Shown here: positions 26,285 through 37,286 of the stretch, piece after piece
How the letters are laid out: the number at the start of each line of letters is the position of its first letter
Position numbering within the stretch: the first letter of the stretch is position 1
NCBI RefSeq assembly: GCF_004010195.1
Contig: NC_057743.1
Coordinates: 18,699,759-18,763,758, forward strand
DNA from: Chiloscyllium plagiosum
Taxonomy: Eukaryota
Direction: 5' to 3'
Length of the DNA stretch: 64,000 nucleotides
Made by a program: the position numbers and the translations under genes
The notes under the pieces: model-generated
The model's input: the letters and a program-made list of their open reading frames with translations, nothing else
The model's database searches: none
Told to the model about the DNA's origin: nothing

Positions 26285-26898
26285 CTCGACGTTCAGGGAG
26301 ATCGGTCGTTGCTCCAAAGTCTCTCTCAGCTTTTCGATGTGCTGCGGTTGCTAGGGACTTCGAGCCCGTCGTTAAGGACTCTGACTTCTGAACCCGGCAG
26401 CACTTCTAAAGACCTTCTCTCCCCTTCCAGCCAACCAGCTGATCAGGTCACAAAATTAAATTAAACGTAAATGAACCGGAGAATGAAACCGAGGTGTGAA
26501 ATCGCGCTTTGCGTTTGAAGGTTGAAGGAGTTGTGTGGGCTGAGAGTTGTTGTTGTAGTGTGATCGGTTGTTGTGGGGGACGGCGGCCACCCGGACACTT
26601 ACTGAGCTGGGACCAGTTGTCATGGCGGCGGCGGCCACCCGGACACTTACTGAGCTGGGACCAGTTGTCATGGCGGCGGCGGCCACCCGGACAGGGACCA
26701 GTTGTCATGGCGGCGGCGGCCACCCGGACACTTACTAAGGTGGGACCAGTTGTCATGGCGGCGGCGGCGGCCACCCGGACACTTACTGAGGTGGGACCAG
26801 TTGTCATGGCGGCGGCGGCCACCCGGACACTTACTGAGCTGGGACCAGTTGTCATGGCGGCGGCCACCCGGACACTTACTGAGGTGGGACCAGTTGTC
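26285..26898. promoter_or_regulatory. Bidirectional CpG-island promoter / 5' regions shared by ZMYND12 and PPCS
   Basis: Head-to-head start codons ~600 bp apart; CpG-rich from ~26280 to 27450 in an otherwise CpG-poor window. Confidence 0.8.
26346..26358. promoter_or_regulatory. RFX X-box-like motif GGTTGCTAGGGAC
   Basis: Reverse complement contains CCTAGCAAC; ~60-75 bp upstream of the ZMYND12 ATG. Confidence 0.5.
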
Positions 26899-26907
26899 AT
26901 GGCGGCG
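26581..26907 (+). repeat. ~48-bp tandem repeat (7 units) spanning the PPCS start codon
   Basis: Unit GCCACCCGGACACTTACTGAG(C/G)TGGGACCAGTTGTCATG(GCG)n; ATGs at 26622, 26670, 26707, 26755, 26806, 26854, 26899. Confidence 0.97.
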
Positions 26908-27433
26908 AACGCGGCGATGTACGAGACGGAGTGCAGCGACTTTTTCTCGGATTGCGTGCCGCCGCCCCACGCGGAGAGCTCGGCGAAGGCGATGGCGGAG
27001 TTCGCGGTGCGGCACGCCGCGCAGGGCCGCAGGGTGGTGCTGGTGACCTCGGGGGGCACCAAGGTGCCGCTGGAGTCGCGCACCGTCCGCTTCCTGGACA
27101 ACTTCAGCAGCGGCTGGCGCGGCGCCGTCTCCGTCGAGTATTTCCTCGGTCTGGGCTACGCCGTGATTTTCCTGCACCGACACCGCTCCCTGTACCCCTT
27201 CTCCCGGCGGTACGCCGGCCTCAACATGCTCGACGCGCTGACAGCCGTCTTGGACAAGAAGACCACCTGCTGGCGGGTGGAAGCTGACCAGGCGGTGCTG
27301 CCCGACATTGTAGCGGTGCTGCAGCGTTACCAGGCGGTGCGAGAGGCTGGCCTGCTCCTTCCCGTAGAATTCAGCACCTTATCCGACTATCTGTACCTGC
27401 TGAGGGCGGCGGCTCAGGCACTCAACTCTATCG
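26899..27433 (+). CDS. PPCS: Phosphopantothenate--cysteine ligase exon 1; start placed at the last repeat ATG ([16 protein letters not shown]...), upstream in-frame ATGs at 26707/26755/26806/26854 also possible
   Basis: [30 protein letters not shown] and GYAVIFLHR motifs of PPCS/CoaB; donor G|GTAGGG, phase 1. Confidence 0.93.
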
Positions 27434-27451
27434 GTAGGGAAACTAAATAAG

Positions 27452-27961
27452 ACCATAAGACGTAGGAGTAAGGCCATTCGGCCCATCGAGTCCACTCCGC
27501 CATTCAATCATGGCTGATGGGCATTTCAACTCCACTTACCCGCATTCTCCCCGTAGCCCTTAATTCCTTGTGACATCAAGAATTTATCAATCTCTGCCTT
27601 GAAGACATTTAGCGTCCCAGCCTCCACTGCACTCTGCGGCAACGAATNNNNNNNNNNNNNNNNNNNNNNNNNNNNNNNNNNNNNNNNNNNNNNNNNNNNN
27701 NNNNNNNNNNNNNNNNNNNNNNNNNNNNNNNNNNNNNNNNNNNNNNNNNNNNNNNNNNNNNNNNNNNNNNAGGGATCATCCGTGTGAATCTCCGCTGGAC
27801 ACGCTCCAGTGCCAGTATGTCCTTCCTGAGGTGTGGGGACCAAAACTGGACACAAATGGGGCCTAACCAGAGCTTTATAAAGTCTCAGTAGCACATCGCT
27901 GCTTTTATATTCCAACCCTCTTGAGATAAATGACAACATTGCATTCGCTTTCTTAATCACG
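27452..27961 (-). mobile_element. CR1 LINE 3' fragment in PPCS intron 1 (contains gap)
   Basis: LYKALVRPHL and FKAEIDKFL motifs in ORF 27526..27960. Confidence 0.88.
27648..27770. other. Assembly gap (N run)
   Basis: Run of N. Confidence 1.
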
Positions 27962-28166
27962 TTACTGGAGATGTGAAATCATGAGAGTTCAGCGATTAAT
28001 CTGTAGATAAATACATTTAAGGAATGGCTGTGTACTTGGCAGAGATAATACACTGTCTTTTTTGAGTTACAGTCATTTGCCTCCTCTATCAATCATAAAG
28101 TGGCATTTTAATGTCATTTTCCTAAAGTGTCAGGAGACAGACTGCAAAAATGAGTTCTTCCCTTAA

Positions 28167-28297
28167 TAAAAGCAAATTACTGCGGATGCTGGAATCTGAA
28201 ACCAAAAGAGAAAATGCTGGAAAATCTCAGCAGGTCTGGCAGCATCTGTAAGGAGAGAAAAGAGCTGACGTTTCGAGTCTAACTGACCCTTTGTCAA
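28167..28297 (-). mobile_element. 131-bp Penelope-tail-like short element with 14-bp TSD
   Basis: TSD AGTTCTTCCCTTAA at 28153-28166 and 28298-28311; GGGTC...GACTC-GAAACGTC hammerhead-like remnant. Confidence 0.8.
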
Positions 28298-28324
28298 AGT
28301 TCTTCCCTTAACAGTTTATGAAAT

Positions 28325-29224
28325 GAGTCAAGATTAGTGTGGTGCTGGAAATGCACAGCAGGTCAGGGCAGCATCCCGATCAGCAGGAAAATCGACGTTT
28401 CGGGCAGGAGCCCTTCATCAGGAATGGGGCTGGAAGCCTCGGGGGTGGAGCTGGGCAGAGGAAGGTGAGGATCAGGGATGTGGATGAGATGCGTTGGAGG
28501 ACTTCAACCACGTGGGAGGTTGAAGATGCCCTCCAACGCATCTCATCCACGTCCTGCACCTCCACCCTCAAACCCCACCCCTCCAACCACAACAAGGACA
28601 CAAACACCCCACCCCGGTCCTCACCGTCCACCCCACCAATCTGCGCATAAACCGCATCATCCGCCGACATTTCAGCCACCTGCAAACGGACTCCACCACC
28701 AGGGATGTATTTCCCTCCCCACCCTTATCCGCTTTCCGCAAAGACCATTCCCTCCGTGACTACCTGGTCAGATCCATGCCCCCCAACAACCTACCCTCCC
28801 CTTCTGGCATCTTCCACTGCCACCGCAGGAATTGCAAAACCTGTGCCCACACCTCCTCCCTCACCTCCATCCAAGGCCCAAAAGGAGCCTTCCACATCCA
28901 TCAAAGTTTCACCTGCATTTCCACAAATGTCATTTATTGCATGGGTTGCTCCCGATGCGGTCTCCTCTACACTGCGGAGACTGGATGCGTTCTTGCAGAG
29001 CGCTTCAGGGAACAACAACCCCACCGCCCCATGGCTGAACATTTCAACTCCCCCTCCCTCTCTGCCAAGGACATGCAGGTCCTGAGCTTCCATCGCCATT
29101 CCCTCACCAACCGACGCCTGGAGGAAGAAGGTCTCATCTTCCGCCTTGGGACTATTCAACCCCATGGCATCAATGTGGACTTCACCAGTTTCCTCATTTA
29201 CCCTCCCCCACCCCCTCTTCCCAT
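28325..29224 (+). mobile_element. Penelope-like element: GIY-YIG C-terminal region plus inverted 5' arm
   Basis: CxRxxCKTC...FTCISTNVIYCMGCSRCGLLY...LAERFRE...HFNS...LIFRLGT in ORF from 28776; hairpin junction at 28473-28556. Confidence 0.88.
28391..28425 (-). ncRNA. Minimal type-I hammerhead ribozyme motif, intact core
   Basis: UUC-CUGAUGA-A-GGGC(UCCU)GCCC-GAAA-CGUC-GAU. Confidence 0.68.
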
Positions 29225-30204
29225 NNNNNNNNNNNNNNNNNNNNNNNNNNNNNNNNNNNNNNNNNNNNNNNNNNNNNNNNNNNNNNNNNNNNNNNNNNNN
29301 NNNNNNNNNNNNNNNNNNNNNNNNNNNNNNNNNNNNNNNNNNNNNNNNNNNNNNNNNNNNNNNNNNNNNNNNNNNNNNNNNNNNNNNNNNNNNNNNNNNN
29401 NNNNNNNNNNNNNNNNNNNNNNNNNNNNNNNNNNNNNNNNNNNNNNNNNNNNNNNNNNNNNNNNNNNNNNNNNNNNNNNNNNNNNNNNNNNNNNNNNNNN
29501 NNNNNNNNNNNNNNNNNNNNNNNNNNNNNNNNNNNNNNNNNNNNNNNNNNNNNNNNNNNNNNNNNNNNNNNNNNNNNNNNNNNNNNNNNNNNNNNNNNNN
29601 NNNNNNNNNNNNNNNNNNNNNNNNNNNNNNNNNNNNNNNNNNNNNNNNNNNNNNNNNNNNNNNNNNNNNNNNNNNNNNNNNNNNNNNNNNNNNNNNNNNN
29701 NNNNNNNNNNNNNNNNNNNNNNNNNNNNNNNNNNNNNNNNNNNNNNNNNNNNNNNNNNNNNNNNNNNNNNNNNNNNNNNNNNNNNNNNNNNNNNNNNNNN
29801 NNNNNNNNNNNNNNNNNNNNNNNNNNNNNNNNNNNNNNNNNNNNNNNNNNNNNNNNNNNNNNNNNNNNNNNNNNNNNNNNNNNNNNNNNNNNNNNNNNNN
29901 NNNNNNNNNNNNNNNNNNNNNNNNNNNNNNNNNNNNNNNNNNNNNNNNNNNNNNNNNNNNNNNNNNNNNNNNNNNNNNNNNNNNNNNNNNNNNNNNNNNN
30001 NNNNNNNNNNNNNNNNNNNNNNNNNNNNNNNNNNNNNNNNNNNNNNNNNNNNNNNNNNNNNNNNNNNNNNNNNNNNNNNNNNNNNNNNNNNNNNNNNNNN
30101 NNNNNNNNNNNNNNNNNNNNNNNNNNNNNNNNNNNNNNNNNNNNNNNNNNNNNNNNNNNNNNNNNNNNNNNNNNNNNNNNNNNNNNNNNNNNNNNNNNNN
30201 NNNN
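29225..30204. other. Assembly gap (N run)
   Basis: Run of N. Confidence 1.
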
Positions 30205-30330
30205 TACACCCCCTCCAACCCTAAAAGTGCAATGAGTAGAGAGCACATGCTCAAACCAGTTATGTACCCTTTCATATTTAGAGAACATTCCATTATGAAT
30301 CAAGTGATTTGTAACTATTTTGTTCTTCAG

Positions 30331-30434
30331 GACCAAAAGCCATGTTCTACCTTGCAGCAGCTGTCTCTGATTTTTTCATTCCTGCCTCTGAAATGCCAGA
30401 ACATAAAATTCAATCAGGTGCTAGCCCTCTGCAG
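30331..30434 (+). CDS. PPCS: PPCS exon 2 ([34 protein letters not shown])
   Basis: YLAAAVSDF and EHKIQS motifs; TTCTTCAG acceptor, GTAAGT donor; 104 nt. Confidence 0.95.
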
Positions 30435-30698
30435 GTAAGTGAGAGCTGTGCTATACTTGGACAGCAGTGCTTGTTTATCCAGTGTTTGTTGGACAAACAC
30501 TGCTTGTTGACCTATCAGTCATAGTCCTCTCACACTGAGTAAATTAACAGCTTGGGTTAAATGTGCATAATTTTCCATTTCTAATTGGAACTGTTTCTTA
30601 AGGCATGGAGAACCTTTAGAACAAGGCTGTTCTCAAAGTCTTGCAAATGTATTATGATGCAAGTTCTTTATTAAAAATAAATCTTTTTTTAAAAAAAG

Positions 30699-31031
30699 TT
30701 AACTATGCAGATGGTTCCCAAGATGCTCACCCCTCTCGTGAAAGACTGGGCTCCTCAGGCATTTGTGACATCCTTCAAGTTGGAGACTGATCCTTCACAG
30801 CTAGTGGTACGAGCACGTAAAGCTTTAGAAACTTACAGACATCAGGTTGTAGTTGCCAATGCTCTTGAAACACGGAGGGTATTTGTTGTCATAGTAACTG
30901 CTGACTCTCAAACTGACCTGGCACTTTCAGAGAATGAAGTGAAGCAACACCATGAAATCGAAGAGAAGATTGTGAAACACTTGAGTGAATGCCACACTAA
31001 TTTTATAGAGAAAAACAACAATCCTGAATAG
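30699..31031 (+). CDS. PPCS: PPCS exon 3 (LTMQMVPKMLTPLVKDWAPQAFVTSFKLETD...NPE*)
   Basis: SFKLETD and HQVVVAN motifs; stop TAG at 31029-31031; acceptor either 30699 or 30711 (both in frame). Confidence 0.92.
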   Translation, partial: LTMQMVPKMLTPLVKDWAPQAFVTSFKLETDPSQLVVRARKALETYRHQVVVANALETRRVFVVIVTADSQTDLALSENEVKQHHEIEEKIVKHLSECHTNFIEKNNNPE

Positions 31032-32478
31032 ATGTTTTTCATGATGCACATGAGTTACTGATGAGTAATTAATGATAATTGAATGAGAACTGTTAAAATG
31101 CAACTTTTTTTTAAAAAATGAACACTTGCCTATGCGAATAAAGCCAGCTGGGTGATCTGGCATTATACTCCATAAAGGTTTTCAAAAACAAATATTAATA
31201 TGTAGTTTAAACTAAAGTTAAAACTTAGCTTCTGACTGCATTAAGTTTTCCTCCTCAAAACCATCATGGACTGATAAAATGTCACTGCAGAGTCTGTGTG
31301 CTATTTTAGGCCTCGAATTAAAAATACAGAACTTTTCTATATTTGTCAGAGACATGTAACTGCATCAAATTCATTGACAGAGTTGGCATTATTGGTGTGA
31401 TTACTATTTATTCTATGTTTTGAATTAGTTTCTGGTGCAGTGGTTGAAGAACCTTTACTGCAGCTGGATTATTGGAATAGGGCAAAACTATTTTTATCAA
31501 TTTAGTTAGTAAATTTACTGGATGTTATAAGCTGTGAACTAACTCGAACAGAATTTTGTAGCAGAAATCCTGTGATACAGCTCTTGCAAATATGACCAAA
31601 AATGAAGCTGTAGGCATCTCTTGATTCTAAACTGAAATAAAATGCAATGTATACTAATTAACTTATGCCATTTGTGATTTCCCTCCTTTGGTAATGACTG
31701 CTACTCCATATTAGTACATTTAGATAAATGAGAAATGTATTAAATGTTCATGGAAGATTCAATACGTTTCCTTCCCATCTCCTGTAAGTGTTGATTCTTG
31801 GTAGAAAACAGCCACCTCCATTTTGAGAACCTACAGTGAATGTTGATGACCAAATCCAATCTTTTAGTTTTCATGAGTGACTCCACAAAACTACTCAGTA
31901 CGGCACAGATACCCGATGAGAACCGCCATCAACAATATTAGCAGTCAGGTATCTGAAGTTATGATGCAACATGAAGGATGGTAAACAACAACTTCCTTTC
32001 ATCTTTCTTCAGTGATTGGGAAATGTAAAAATGCCTTTGTGGCAATGCTCACTCCAGCATTATACATTTATAAACCAATGATATATTCATACTTTGGATT
32101 GAATATGTACTCTTACAACAGGAGGCTGCTGCTCAGCTCAGCAGCATTTTCAAGCAGAAAATAATGAAAGGTTTGGAAATTGCTCTGTAATAACACATTG
32201 TTAAATGTTGGTAGAAGACAAACACAAAACATCTATTTTGATGAAGGTCTAATCTAACAAATGTCTCCATTAAAACAACACTTGTGTACCATTCTTCAAT
32301 TTGTTAAGTATTCCTACTATATCAAAATAAATTCTAGGCTGCAGTTCCTAATGTAATGAGTAAGTATATTTGGAGTTTAAGAGGATTATGCTATCCATAT
32401 TTTAATAACATGTAGTCAGAGTCCACTTGTCAGTAAATCTGCTTTACCAATAGATAAGCACAATAAAAATGCACAATT

Positions 32479-32484
32479 TTTATT
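32479..32484 (-). terminator. Probable UTP3 polyadenylation signal AATAAA
   Basis: First minus-strand AATAAA, ~85 nt after the UTP3 stop. Confidence 0.6.
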
Positions 32485-32567
32485 AAACTCTATAAATACA
32501 TTACAAAGAGGCAGAGCAGCTGCTCCCTGATTTCCAAGTTGCAGATGCTCAACAGGAAGCAGCACAA

Positions 32568-32657
32568 TTACTGAAACTTGGTGCTCTTCTTAACACCAAT
32601 ACGGATGCCAGACAGCTCACCACCATATCGATGCACTTCCGTACGGACCTCACGTAC
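32568..32657 (-). CDS. UTP3: UTP3 last coding exon (VREVRTEVHRYGGELSGIRIGVKKSTKFQ*)
   Basis: YxGELSGI motif and TAA stop; all 16 exons sum to 1467 nt = 488 aa + stop. Confidence 0.95.
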   Translation of the reverse strand, partial: VREVRTEVHRYGGELSGIRIGVKKSTKFQ

Positions 32658-32896
32658 CTGCAAAATTAACATCTCTCATTGACTGATTTAAACAAACTGC
32701 AGTATTCAACATAGGTTCACATGTTGTTAACTTTTAGGGAAATTAGAAAGAATGGCCCATTTTAAAGTAATAGTGTAACTTGTGTATGATACACTGGGAT
32801 GTAGTTGCATCAATTCTAAATATGGATTCAGTATAAATATGTACTCTGATCACCCAACATGTTAATATGGACCAAGTCTGGAAAATGAATTTGAAT

Positions 32897-33840
32897 AGAG
32901 TCAGAGATGTACAGCACGGAAACAGACCCTTTGGTCCAACCCTTCCACGCCGACCAGATATCCCAACCTAATCTGATCTGACCTGCCAGCACCAGGCCCA
33001 TATCCCTTCAAACCCTTCCTATTCATATACCCATCCAGATGCCTTTTAAGTGTTGCAATTGTACCAGCCTTCACCACATCCTCTGGCAGCTCATTCCACA
33101 CATGCACCACCCTGTGTGAAAAAGTTGCCCCTTAGGTCTCTCTTCTATCTTTTCCCCTCTCACCCTAAACCTATGCCCTCTAGTTCTGGACTCACCCACC
33201 CCAGGGAAAAGACCTATTTATCCTATCTAAGCCTCATGATCTTATAAACCTCTAAGGTCACTGCTCAGCCTCATACGCTACAGGGAAAACAATCCCGGTT
33301 TGTTCAGCCTCTCCCTGTAGCTCAAATCCTCCAACTCTGGCAACAACTTTGTAAATCTTTTCTGAACCTTTTCAAGTCTCACAACATTTTTCCAATAGGA
33401 AGGAGACCAGAATTGCACGCAATATTCCAAAAGTGGCCTAATTAACGTTCTGTACAGCCGCAACATGACCTCCCAACTCCTGTGCTCAATACTCTGACCG
33501 ATAAAGGAAAGCATACCAAACGCCTTCTTCACTACCCTATCTACCTGCGACTCCACTTTCAAAGAGCTACGAACCTGCACTCCAAGGTCTCTGTTCAGCA
33601 ACACTCCCCAGAACCTTACCTTAAATGTATAAGTCCTGCTAAGATTTGCTTTCCCAAAATGCAGCACCTCACATTTATCTAAATTAAACTCCGTCTACCA
33701 CTCCTTAGCCCATTGGCACATCTGATCAAGATCCCTTTGTAATAGAGGTAACCTTCTTCACTGTTCACTGCACCTCAGATTTTGGTGTCATCTGCAAACT
33801 TACTAACTATACCTCTTAAGATCACATCCAAATCATTAAT
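32897..33840 (-). mobile_element. CR1/HER1 LINE 3' fragment in last UTP3 intron
   Basis: LYRTLIRPLLEYCVQFWSP in ORF 33278..33667. Confidence 0.92.
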
Positions 33841-34735
33841 AAGTTAGATTTTTTTTTGACTGACACAGACTCAATGGGCTGAAGGGCCCTTTTCTGTGCT
33901 GCATACTTCTATGACTCCTAAGAAATTAAAATATGTTTCAATCAAAGTGGAATTATTAGAGGGAATGCTCTTTTCTCTTGACGCAATGAGTCTCTTGGAT
34001 GAAATACTGGGCCATAATTAGTTACGGCACTCGCTGTTATTTAAATACATCAAATGAAAATGCACTTCAAAAGAGTTGCAGATCTGTGATTAAATATCAC
34101 CATCCAAAAGTTGCAATCTGAGCTACACCATAATTTTGCAACTTGCTGTATTTACCCATTAATTGAGTTTATCAAATGTATCAATTATGTGAAAAGTATT
34201 AAAGATTGCCAACTCATCTTCTTAACATTAAACGATAACAAGTAGATTGCCCCATTTCTTGGGGCGTTTGTTTGGGAAGATTTTTTTAATGTGTTAGATT
34301 TTAAAAATATTTTATTCTTCGTTTCCAAAAACTAATCTCTCCCTGATTTGGTATGGAATTCAGTCCTTTATTTTGGCCTGCTTCTGAGCTGTTCTATTGT
34401 TTGCTTCCCAATTTTTAAATCTCGTATTGTAAGGTCCTTTGTTCAATCAGGTCCTATATGGACAAGTTTCTTCACTGCTGTTATTTCCTTGCACTATCAG
34501 CAAATTTGCAAGCAAATTGAGTTTTGTTTAATTGAATAGTACAGGAGAAAAATGTAAAGAACAAAACTCCCCATTAGGCAGCCTGTTACAGTAAATTTCA
34601 TCCTAATTTGTATTCCATTATGCTATGGACTTCTGTTCCATGCACTTTGCTAATGATCTCAATCCTTCAATTTATCAATCTCTCTTCCCCACCTTCAAAG
34701 AGATAATATCATAACTACAACAAAGAACATAACAG

Positions 34736-34954
34736 AGTTAAAAATCACACAACACCAGGTTAATTGGAAGCACTAGCTTTTGGAGTGCTGCTCCTTCAGG
34801 TGGTTGTGGAGTATAAGATCCATACACCACAACCACCTGATGAAGGAGCAGCATCCGAAAGCTAGTGCTTCCAATTAAATGTGTTGGACTACAACCTGGT
34901 GTTGTGTGATTTTTAACTTTGTACACCCTAGTCCAACACCAGCACCTCCAAATT
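34736..34954. mobile_element. 219-bp fold-back Penelope terminal-repeat element with 12-bp TSD
   Basis: Inverted arms around ~34820; TSD AGAACATAACAG at 34724-34735 and 34955-34966. Confidence 0.88.
34834..34867 (+). ncRNA. Minimal type-I hammerhead ribozyme motif
   Basis: CAC-CUGAUGA-A-GGA(GCAGCA)UCC-GAAA-GCUA-GUG. Confidence 0.62.
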
Positions 34955-35218
34955 AGAACATAACAGTACTTCAACTCAACGCTTTGCTACTTCACATACC
35001 AATCTAGAAACCAAAGTTATTTCCAAGGAAAATTTCTGCCGGGGCCAAGGGAACCACTTTTAGTTTTATTCAAGAAAGTCTGACATGTCCTCTTCTGCCA
35101 ATAAACAACAACTGAGACTCCCACACCAGACGTAAATAATTTAATTTGTTAACAAGCCACTTTATTTAAATGGCAATTTTCAACTCCTGCAATCTACTGG
35201 GGGGATCCCTTTACTTAC

Positions 35219-35326
35219 CTGACCCTTCCTTCGTATTTTAGCACGTCTGAATTTCTCTCGGTGCTTGACTCGGGGATTACGATCAATCTTCTTCCTTTTA
35301 GGTGTGAGACCTTTGTTCTTGGCAAT
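35219..35326 (-). CDS. UTP3: UTP3 coding exon 15 (IAKNKGLTPKRKKIDRNPRVKHREKFRRAKIRRKGQ)
   Basis: Hallmark Sas10 C-terminal KNKGLTP...RNPRVK motif; CAG/GTAAGT sites. Confidence 0.96.
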
Positions 35327-36269
35327 CTGTCAAAGATCATACAGAGTTTGATGAGGATCCAGAGACAAATTTGACAAACAGGTTTGTAACCAATTGTGAA
35401 CTGAAAGGTTCAGTGGCACATATCTGTACTAAAACAATTAAGAAACAGAAACTCCTGGAGAAACATAGGAGGTCAGGTAGCATCATGGAGTGAAAAAGTG
35501 AGTTTTGAAGACTTGCATATTGGACTTGAAACATCAACTCAGTTTCCCTCTCCAGACATGATGGTAGACCTGCTGAGTTTCTTCCATCTTTTCTGTTCTC
35601 AATATCAGTTTCCTATACCAAAGTCTGATTAAATTGGCTGCTCTATGGTATATAATAACTGTATATCATTTCAAATTTTTGAAACAGAACAGACGTGTGG
35701 TTTCAGTTTTGTAAAGATAACTTTTTTAAAACAAAATTCAGAAGGTCAGCTGGAATAGTGAATTAAAGGCAAGAAGGCATCTTATTCAGTGTCTAGCTTA
35801 AAGATTAAATCTTTATTGTGCTAAGTTTACAACCAGGGAAAACAAATCAGAGGAAAGTTTAATTCAGAATAATCAAAAGCTGTCAGTCAGAAGAGTTTAG
35901 TTGTGAAGCTTCAAAGCTGAATTTTTACAGAGGTTTTGAATTGTGTGAACAGAAAATAGGTTGAGGCCCTCAGAATTGAAAATGGTTCATGCTGGCAGAC
36001 TTAGAGAGAAAACATCAAACACTCAGTAGTTCAGGAAGGACAACTGAAAAAGAGTCAGTTAAGCATTAAAGAATTGAGGTAGAAATTAAAATTTCTCTGG
36101 GATTGAGTAACTCGAAAATCAATAGCAAAATAATATCTCAAACTATGTTAAGATCTTCCTAAACTCTTATCGTTTGTTTTTTCTTCTGTGCAATAATCAT
36201 ATTAATTTGGTCAAGAACATTTGTAGCCTTTGTGAATATGTTTCAGTGACTAAACCTCCACACTAATCG

Positions 36270-36815
36270 CCTACACTTTTGGAACACTGTGTGCAATTGT
36301 GGTCACCCTCCAATAAAAAGGATCTTGTGAAACTTAAAAGGGTTCAGAAAAGATTTACAAGAATGCTGCCAGGGTTGGAGGATTTGAGACATAGGGAGAG
36401 GCCGAATAGGTTGGGTGGCTGTTTTCCCTAGAGGGGTGACCTTATAAAAAGGTTTATAAAATCATGAGGGGCATGGGTCGAGTAAATAGACAAGTTCTTT
36501 TCCCTGGGGTGGAGGAGTTCAGAACTAGACGGCATAGGTTTAGGGTGAGAGGGGAAAGATATAAAAGGGACCTAAGGGACAACTTTTTCACGCAAAGGGT
36601 GGTGCGTGTATGGAATGAGCTGCCAGAAGAAGTGGTGGAGCTTGTACAATTACAACATTTAAAAAGGCATCTGGAGGGGTATATGAATAGGAAGGGTTTA
36701 GAGGGATGTCGGTCAAGTGTTAGAAAATGGGACTAGATTAATTTATGATTACTGTTTGGCATGGATGAGTTTGACAAAAGGGTCTGTTTCCGTGCTGTAC
36801 ATCTCTATGACTCTT
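36270..36815 (+). mobile_element. CR1/HER1 LINE 3' fragment
   Basis: FFTQRVVRVWNELP in ORF 36464..36736. Confidence 0.9.
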
Positions 36816-37219
36816 ACTATGTCAGATTTCATTCTGCAATCTGACTTATTCAGTAGAGTTGTCAGCTGGGATGCTCACAGAAAGTTTTGGATTCTTCACA
36901 TGGAAAGCTCCCATCAAACCAGTCAGTTGGTAAACAAAAGACTTTCAGACAGATAACAAAGAGTAAACAAAATCACTGCTGTGGTGCCATTTACTTAGTA
37001 ACATGGTACGTTAAATAGCAAAAACATTCAGCTGCGCATCAACCACTCAACTGACATTTAGGATTATGAATGTCATTTTTAAAATCAAATAATAACTCAA
37101 AGAAACAGCTTAAGTTTTGAGCTCTACTGAATATTACAGATTCAGGTCAATACAGTTAGAAAAAGGTTAAAAACGTTGCTCTAAAGTAGACAAACATATG
37201 TTAAAGTGGAGTTAGAAAC

Positions 37220-37286
37220 CTGGTATGTGATCTTTCTCTTTCCTTCTGGACCAAGTACTTCCTTTACCACAGCACTGTCCTCATTG
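37220..37286 (-). CDS. UTP3: UTP3 coding exon 14 (NEDSAVVKEVLGPEGKRKITYQ)
   Basis: KRxITYQ start of Sas10 C-terminal domain; TTTCAG acceptor. Confidence 0.9.

Noticed and set aside
26581-26907. Resemblance of the repeat array to a CRISPR array
   Set aside because: Units are contiguous with no unique spacers, the context is eukaryotic, and there are no cas genes
27100-27140. PPCS motif reads [12 protein letters not shown] rather than NFSSGRRGA
   Set aside because: To my knowledge this position varies among eukaryotic PPCS proteins, and the following RGA is intact; no sign of pseudogenisation
26448-27183. Long antisense and alternate-frame ORFs (217, 171 and 114 aa) over the repeat and PPCS exon 1
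   Set aside because: By-products of the GC-rich, stop-poor tandem repeat and CpG island; no independent protein features
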